Shown: positions 58,432 through 64,000 of the stretch, one piece after another
Numbering within the stretch: the first letter of the stretch is position 1
Layout: every line of letters begins with the position of its first letter
Notes under the pieces: generated by a model
Seen by the model: only the letters and a program-made list of their open reading frames with translations
The model's database searches: none
What the model was told of the DNA's origin: nothing
Origin: Tagaea sp.
GTDB lineage: Bacteria > Pseudomonadota > Alphaproteobacteria > CACIAM-22H2
Assembly: GCA_965279525.1 (NCBI GenBank)
Contig: CBDIIB010000004.1
Span: 1,184,001-1,248,000 of the forward strand
Direction of reading: 5' to 3'
DNA: 64,000 bases
Position numbers and translations under genes: made by a program

Positions 58432-59268
58432 ATGGACATGCGCGCCTTCGTCACGTTCGCCCGTCGCAACCCGACCATCATCGCTGGATCGACGATCCTT
58501 GCCTTCATGGCGATCGTGGCGCTCGCCGCCCCGCTGATCGCCGGCGATCCGCGCCTGATGAACCCGGTCAACCGTCTGAAGCCGCCGTCGGCGGAATTCT
58601 GGTTTGGCACCGACGGGCTCGGCCGCGACATCTTCTCGCGCTGCGTCTACGGGGCACGCATCTCTCTGATCGTGGGCATGTCGGTTGCGTCCGCGTCAGT
58701 TTTGCTGGGCCTGATGATCGGACTGGCCGCCGGCTACCTGCGCTGGCTCGACAACTACGTCATGCGCGTGATGGACGGCCTGATGGCGATCCCGGCGATC
58801 CTGCTGGCCATCGCGATGGTGTCGCTCAACCGTGCGACGGTCGGCATCGTCATCGTTGCCATCGTCATTCCGGAAATCCCGCGTGTCGTGCGTCTCGTGC
58901 GCTCGGTCGTGCTGACCACGCGCGAACAGCCCTATATCGAGGCCGCAATCAGCGGCGGCAGCCGGTCCCTCAAGATCGTGCTGCGCCACATCCTGCCGAG
59001 CACGATCCCGCCACTCATCGTGCAGGCGACCTACGTGACCGCCTCGGCGATCCTGATCGAGGCGGGCCTGTCGTTCCTTGGCGCCGGCGTGCCACCCGAG
59101 ACACCAACCTGGGGCAACATGATTGCGTCGAGCCGCCTGCTGCTGGCGCGCGCACCCTGGACGATCTTCTTCCCCGGCCTCTGCCTCGCCCTGGTCGTGC
59201 TGGCCGTCAATCTGCTCGGTGACGGTCTGCGCGACCGGCTCGACCCGCGCCTGTCGCGGCGGATGTAA
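58432..59268 (+). CDS. Peptide ABC transporter permease (DppC-like)
   Basis: [51 protein letters not shown]. Confidence 0.93.
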   Translation: MDMRAFVTFARRNPTIIAGSTILAFMAIVALAAPLIAGDPRLMNPVNRLKPPSAEFWFGTDGLGRDIFSRCVYGARISLIVGMSVASASVLLGLMIGLAAGYLRWLDNYVMRVMDGLMAIPAILLAIAMVSLNRATVGIVIVAIVIPEIPRVVRLVRSVVLTTREQPYIEAAISGGSRSLKIVLRHILPSTIPPLIVQATYVTASAILIEAGLSFLGAGVPPETPTWGNMIASSRLLLARAPWTIFFPGLCLALVVLAVNLLGDGLRDRLDPRLSRRM

Positions 59269-59270
59269 GC

Positions 59271-60266
59271 ATGACCCAAGCGCCCGTCCTCGCGATCGAC
59301 GATCTCCAGACGCACTTCTTCACGCGTGACGGCGTGACGCGCGCGGTCGGCGGCGTTTCATTCGAAGTGCGCCCGGGCGAGACGCTCGGCGTGGTCGGCG
59401 AGTCCGGTTGCGGCAAGAGCGTGACGGCGCTGTCGATCCTCGGGCTGTTGCCGCCCAAGATCGGCCGGATCGTCGGCGGCTCGATCCGGTTCGAAGGGCG
59501 CGAACTTGTCGGTCTCGACGAAGCGGAGATGCGCAAGATCCGCGGCAACCGGATCGCGATGATCTTCCAGGAGCCGATGACGAGCCTCAATCCCGTCTTC
59601 TCGATCGGCGAGCAGATCGCCGAGGCGGCGATGATCCACCAGAACATGAACCGCGAGGCGGCCTTCGCGCGCGCGGCGGAGATGCTGCGGTTCGTGCGCA
59701 TCCCGGATGCCGAGCGGCGCGTGCACGACTACCCGCACCAGTTCTCCGGTGGCATGCGCCAGCGGGCGATGATCGCGATGGCCCTGTCGTGCAATCCAAA
59801 ACTTTTGATCGCCGACGAGCCCACGACGGCGCTCGACGTGACGATCCAGGCCCAGATCCTGCGCCTGATGCTGGATCTGAAGGAAACGATCGGTGCGGCC
59901 GTCATGCTCATCACGCACGATCTGGGCGTGGTCGCGGAAACCTGCCGGCGCGTCGTCGTGATGTACGCCGGCCGCAAGGTCGAGGAGGCCGACGTGCTCG
60001 ACCTGTTCGACCGGCCGGCCCACCCCTATACGCGCGGGCTGATGGCGTCGATCCCGCGGCGGAACTCGGGCGTCAACCGCAAGCGCCGCCTGTCCGAGAT
60101 TCCCGGCATCGTGCCGAACCTGCGCGACCCGATCCCCGGCTGCGCCTTCGCGCCGCGCTGTGCGCACGCGACCGACCGCTGTCGTGCCGAAGCGCCGCCG
60201 ATCCGGCCGCTTGAAGGCAGCCACCTCGTCGCCTGCTGGGAAGCCGAGAAGGTGCTCGCGTCATGA
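59271..60266 (+). CDS. Peptide ABC transporter ATP-binding protein (DppD-like)
   Basis: [52 protein letters not shown]. Confidence 0.95.
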   Translation: MTQAPVLAIDDLQTHFFTRDGVTRAVGGVSFEVRPGETLGVVGESGCGKSVTALSILGLLPPKIGRIVGGSIRFEGRELVGLDEAEMRKIRGNRIAMIFQEPMTSLNPVFSIGEQIAEAAMIHQNMNREAAFARAAEMLRFVRIPDAERRVHDYPHQFSGGMRQRAMIAMALSCNPKLLIADEPTTALDVTIQAQILRLMLDLKETIGAAVMLITHDLGVVAETCRRVVVMYAGRKVEEADVLDLFDRPAHPYTRGLMASIPRRNSGVNRKRRLSEIPGIVPNLRDPIPGCAFAPRCAHATDRCRAEAPPIRPLEGSHLVACWEAEKVLAS

Positions 60267-61243
60267 GCGAACGCAAGCCCGTCGTCGAGGTCCAGAACCT
60301 CACCAAGCATTTCGACGTCACGCGCGGCCTTTTGCGCAAGACGGTCGCCAAGGTGCGCGCGGTCGATGGCGTTTCGTTCGACATTGCGGCCGGCGAAACG
60401 CTGTGCCTTGTCGGCGAATCCGGCTGCGGTAAATCGACGGTCGCCAAGCTGATCCTGCGGCTGATCGAGCCGAGTTCCGGCAGCGTGATGCTCGGCGGCA
60501 CCGACGTGACCAAACTCGATCAAGCCGGCATGCGCGACCATCGCCGCCACGTTCAAATGGTCTTCCAGGATCCCTACGCATCACTCAATCCGCGCCTCAA
60601 GGCCGGTGTCATCGTCACCGAGCCGCTCGAAAACTACGAGGCGATGGCCGCCTCCGAGCGCGAGGCGCGTGCGGCGAAGCTGTTGACCCGCGTGGGCCTG
60701 CGCGCCGACGCCATGCACCGCTTTCCGTTCGAGTTCTCCGGCGGCCAACGCCAGCGTCTGGGCATCGCGCGGGCACTCGCCCTCAATCCGGGGCTGATCG
60801 TCGCCGACGAGCCGGTCTCAGCACTCGACGTGTCGGTCCAGGCGCAGGTGCTCAACCTGCTGATGGACCTGCAGGAGGAGTACGGCCTCGCCTACCTGTT
60901 TGTCTCGCACGATCTGGGCGTGGTCGAGCATATCGGGCACCGCATCGCGGTCATGTATCTGGGCAAGATCGTCGAGCTCGCCAGCCGCGACGACCTGTTC
61001 GCCGACCCGCAGCACCCCTATTCGGAAGCGCTGATCGCCGCCGCACCGATTCCCGATCCGCGTGCCAAGCGCGAACGCAAGACGATCGAGGGCGAAGTTC
61101 CAAGCCCGATGAACCCGCCTTCCGGCTGCCATTTCCACACGCGATGCCCCTATGTGATCGACCGCTGCCGCAAGGAAGCGCCGCCCCTGCGCGAGATCGC
61201 CCCCGGCCGCCACGTCGCCTGCCACCTGCGAGGACCGCAGTGA
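60263..61243 (+). CDS. Peptide ABC transporter ATP-binding protein (DppF-like)
   Basis: [48 protein letters not shown]. Confidence 0.95.
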   Translation: MSERKPVVEVQNLTKHFDVTRGLLRKTVAKVRAVDGVSFDIAAGETLCLVGESGCGKSTVAKLILRLIEPSSGSVMLGGTDVTKLDQAGMRDHRRHVQMVFQDPYASLNPRLKAGVIVTEPLENYEAMAASEREARAAKLLTRVGLRADAMHRFPFEFSGGQRQRLGIARALALNPGLIVADEPVSALDVSVQAQVLNLLMDLQEEYGLAYLFVSHDLGVVEHIGHRIAVMYLGKIVELASRDDLFADPQHPYSEALIAAAPIPDPRAKRERKTIEGEVPSPMNPPSGCHFHTRCPYVIDRCRKEAPPLREIAPGRHVACHLRGPQ

Positions 61244-62400
61244 GCGATATCTACGCGCGGCTCGGCGTGAAGCGCCGGATCAACGCCGCGGGAACACTGA
61301 CCCGGCTTGGCGGCAGCCTGATGGACGAGGCCGTGCTCGATGCGATGCGCCAAGCCGCACGCGGCTCGGTCGATATCGGCGAACTCCAGTCGGCCGCCAG
61401 CCGTGCGATCGCAAAGGCGACGGGTACCGAAGCGGGTCTGGTGACCTCCGGTGCGGCCGCCGGCCTGACGCTTGCCGCCGCCGCCTGCATCGCCGGCCTC
61501 GATGTCGCGCGCATGGCGCGCCTGCCCGATACGCGCGGTTTGCCCAACGAGATCCTGATGGCGCGCACGCACCGCAACGCCTACGACCATGCGCTGCGCG
61601 CGGCCGGTGCTGTCATCGTCGACATCGGCCACAATGATCGGGGAACCGGTGCCGGCATCCGCGGGCTGGAGGCCTGGGAAATCGAAGCCGCGATCACGCC
61701 GGCAACGGTCGCTTTCGCGTTTGCAGCGACACCCGATAGCATCGGCGACCTGCCGGCGATCGTCGATATCTGCCGCAAGCACGGGCTCAAGGTCATCGTC
61801 GATGCGGCAGCACAGCTGCCGCCGGCATCCAATCTCCGCGCCTTCGTCGCCGCTGGTGCCGACCTTGTCGTCTTCTCCGGCGGCAAGGCGATCGGCGGAC
61901 CGCAGGCAAGCGGCATCCTCGCCGGACGGCGCGACCTCGTCGCCTCGGCCCTGCTCCAGCAACTCGACATGGATGTCGCCCCGACGCGCTGGACCGCCCC
62001 GGATATCGTCGACCGGGCGAAGGTTCCCGTCCCGCCGCATCACGGGATCGGCCGCGCCTTCAAGGTGGGCAAGGAAGAGATCATCGGGCTGATCGTGGCC
62101 CTCGAGCGTTTCGCAACCCGAGACGAAGCGGCCGCGACGGCCGCACTTCGCGCACGGCTGGAAGCGATCGCCGCCGCCCTGCCCGGCCGCAAGGCCCGGA
62201 TCGTTCCGGGCCGCGTGGCCACGCTGGAAATCGAGACAAGCGACGGCCCGGCGGCGTTGACCCGGCTGCTGGCAGGCGATCCGCCCGTGCATGTCGGCGA
62301 GCGTAACGCCGCCCAAGGCGTGCTGACCGTCGATCTTCAGGCCGTTCGCGCCGAGGATGACGCGATCCTCGCCGCCGCTCTCGCGAAGGCGACCGGCTGA
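61240..62400 (+). CDS. SelA-related PLP enzyme (DgaE/selA_rel-like ammonia-lyase or transferase)
   Basis: IYARLGV...INAAGT.T.LGGS, VTSGAAAGL, IVDAAAQ, FSGGKAIGGPQ, IGR.FKVGKEEI; GTGA overlap with the ATPase gene. Confidence 0.8.
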   Translation: MSDIYARLGVKRRINAAGTLTRLGGSLMDEAVLDAMRQAARGSVDIGELQSAASRAIAKATGTEAGLVTSGAAAGLTLAAAACIAGLDVARMARLPDTRGLPNEILMARTHRNAYDHALRAAGAVIVDIGHNDRGTGAGIRGLEAWEIEAAITPATVAFAFAATPDSIGDLPAIVDICRKHGLKVIVDAAAQLPPASNLRAFVAAGADLVVFSGGKAIGGPQASGILAGRRDLVASALLQQLDMDVAPTRWTAPDIVDRAKVPVPPHHGIGRAFKVGKEEIIGLIVALERFATRDEAAATAALRARLEAIAAALPGRKARIVPGRVATLEIETSDGPAALTRLLAGDPPVHVGERNAAQGVLTVDLQAVRAEDDAILAAALAKATG

Positions 62401-62401
62401 C

Positions 62402-63529
62402 CTAGCCGTGCCACCACTTGCCGCCGAGCACGATGCCGCGGCAGCGCAGATGTTCCTTCCCCTCGATGGTCTCGCCGAGCACGTCGACGAATCCGAACTT
62501 CCCGTTCTCGATCTCGAGCACCGTCGCGTCGCCGAGCGTGCCCGGAACGAGTGTTCCACGGTCGGTCTTGCGCACAGCCAGGGCCGGATTGATTGTCGAG
62601 CAGCGGATCACATCGGTCAGCGACATCCCGATGGCGAGGAACTTCGACATCGTAACGAGCTGGTCGAAGGCCGGGCCGTTCTCTGACAGCACATGCACAT
62701 CTGACGAGATGACGTCCGGCAGGAATCCTGCCTTCATCATCGGCAGGGCCGTCTCGTAGCCGAACGATCCGCCGCCATGACCGATGTCGAAGATCACGCC
62801 GCGCGCACGTGCCGCGCGAACGTCGTCCTGCACCCGCCCGTAGCCGGTGATGGGCGCGTTGGGAAACGGCCGGTAGCAGTGCGTCAGGATGTCGCCCTTG
62901 CGCAGGCGCGGCATGACCTCGCTGCGATAGGGCGGCGGATGGTCGAGATGCGCCATCACCGGGATGCCGAGATGGTCGGCGACCTCAAGCGCCATGTCGA
63001 GCGGTGCGAGACCCGATTCGCCCGAAGCGCTCTTGCCCACGCGCACTTTGATGCCGACGATCAGGTCCGCGTGCTCGCGCCCGATGTCGCGGCAGGCCCG
63101 CGGGCTCAGCATGCGAAGGTCCTCGCACTCGCCGACCATGACGTAGGAACCGAAGGCGAAGATGCCCGGATAGGAGATGTTCATGAAAGGCAGGATGCGC
63201 ACGCCGCACTGCTCGACGATATGCTTGCGGAAACCCGGCAGGTTGCCGGGCCCGGCGGTGCCCGCGTCGATCAGCGTCGTGCAGCCGGCACGCTTGGCAT
63301 AGGCATCCGGATCCACGCCGATCGACGTGCCGCCCCAATAGACGTGCGTGTGCAGATCGATGAGGCCCGGGACGACCATCTTGCCCGTCACGTCGCGGCT
63401 GGCCTTGGCTGGCCCGAGTTTCTGGCCGACCGCGGCAACACGCCCGTCGCGGAACGCGACGTCGGATACCGCATCGAGCCCCTGTGCCGGATCGATTACC
63501 CGGCCCCCCGTCAACACCAGATCGTACAT
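62402..63529 (-). CDS. Dihydroorotase-like amidohydrolase/deacetylase
   Basis: PGLIDLHTHVY, DAGTAG, GIKVR, MAH, GDILTHC, FDIGHG.GSF, ISSDVH. Confidence 0.85.
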   Translation of the reverse strand: MYDLVLTGGRVIDPAQGLDAVSDVAFRDGRVAAVGQKLGPAKASRDVTGKMVVPGLIDLHTHVYWGGTSIGVDPDAYAKRAGCTTLIDAGTAGPGNLPGFRKHIVEQCGVRILPFMNISYPGIFAFGSYVMVGECEDLRMLSPRACRDIGREHADLIVGIKVRVGKSASGESGLAPLDMALEVADHLGIPVMAHLDHPPPYRSEVMPRLRKGDILTHCYRPFPNAPITGYGRVQDDVRAARARGVIFDIGHGGGSFGYETALPMMKAGFLPDVISSDVHVLSENGPAFDQLVTMSKFLAIGMSLTDVIRCSTINPALAVRKTDRGTLVPGTLGDATVLEIENGKFGFVDVLGETIEGKEHLRCRGIVLGGKWWHG

Positions 63530-63555
63530 CGGGTCTTCCCCTTCGGTTTCGACAG

Positions 63556-63984
63556 CTAACGGCAATGCGGCGGACAGCCGCGCCTCCAGAACGCCTCGCC
63601 GGCACTGCTTGCCGGCTTTGGCACCACCAGTTCCCACCAACCGTGCGCGCATTCCGAACGAAACGCCATCTGGTCGGACAATGTCGTGCCGGTCGCGACG
63701 AAGCCTGCTTCCAGCCGTGTGAGGGACGCTGCGATCTCGGCCTGTGTCGCTGCCGTCGTGTCAGCCGCATCAATGCAAAATGCGGCCGCGAAACGGCGGA
63801 TATCCTCGGCGAGGGCCGGATATGCGCCAGCATCGAGGCTCCAGGCCTTCATCCATTCCCCGCAGACCTTCGCCGCGGCTGCATCGACCGACTGGCCGGC
63901 CATCTTGCGCGCAGTCGTGCGCATGTGGCGCAGAAGTTCGGCTCGTGCGTGCGCCGTCCGTGCGGCAAGTGCGGCCGCCTGCAT
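63556..63984 (-). CDS. Hypothetical protein; the frame stays open to the window edge, so the true start may be upstream
   Basis: 142-aa ORF just upstream of the amidohydrolase on the same strand; C-terminus has MAFRSECAHGWW and FWRRGCPPHCR. Confidence 0.55.
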   Translation of the reverse strand: MQAAALAARTAHARAELLRHMRTTARKMAGQSVDAAAAKVCGEWMKAWSLDAGAYPALAEDIRRFAAAFCIDAADTTAATQAEIAASLTRLEAGFVATGTTLSDQMAFRSECAHGWWELVVPKPASSAGEAFWRRGCPPHCR

Positions 63985-64000
63985 GGCGGCGATGGCCCGC

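Noticed and set aside
61240-62400. True selA (selenocysteine synthase) and a selenoprotein system
   Set aside because: The protein is short, lacks the SelA N-terminal tRNA-binding domain, and has no selB, selC or selD nearby; it fits the selA-related lyase group
1-64000. Many long antisense or alternative-frame ORFs; tRNA, rRNA, prophage, IS or defence genes
   Set aside because: The shadow ORFs are explained by high GC and codon bias; I recognised no structural RNA, recombinase, transposase, phage or known defence motif by eye, although small RNAs could have been missed without covariance searches

Overview
A 64-kb, very GC-rich chromosomal segment, probably from an alphaproteobacterium (inferred from CtrA boxes, an ECF16/sigmaF-type promoter, IolR-like sites and a PAS_5 protein). 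About 57 genes are densely packed. I saw no rRNA, tRNA, CRISPR array, integrase or transposase. In order, the window holds: rlmB with a hexapeptide-repeat N-terminus; a divergent PhnZ-like HD oxygenase / PhyH-family dioxygenase pair; a Tat-exported alpha/beta hydrolase divergent from four paralogous, unannotated, Cys-conserved exported proteins; a cobalt nitrile hydratase operon; hisS; a divergent GT41 glycosyltransferase; a UxaA-family dehydratase; two tandem CtrA-box MCPs; a LysR-argH-ABC-ureohydrolase cluster; DoxX-like/opgC; pcaHGB-pcaDC-pobA-esterase; an Afu-like ABC transporter with iol genes; and a ~21-kb island of amidohydrolases, carbamoylases, PLP ammonia-lyases and a peptide ABC transporter. 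The best candidate for an undescribed system is 2666-6570. There, two two-gene units (A-B, A'-B') each follow a copy of a conserved promoter that appears to give a leaderless transcript. A third, decayed copy of that promoter, with a gene remnant, lies just upstream of the nitrile hydratase operon. All functional calls come from reading motifs by eye; no database searches were run, and start codons were chosen by inspection.
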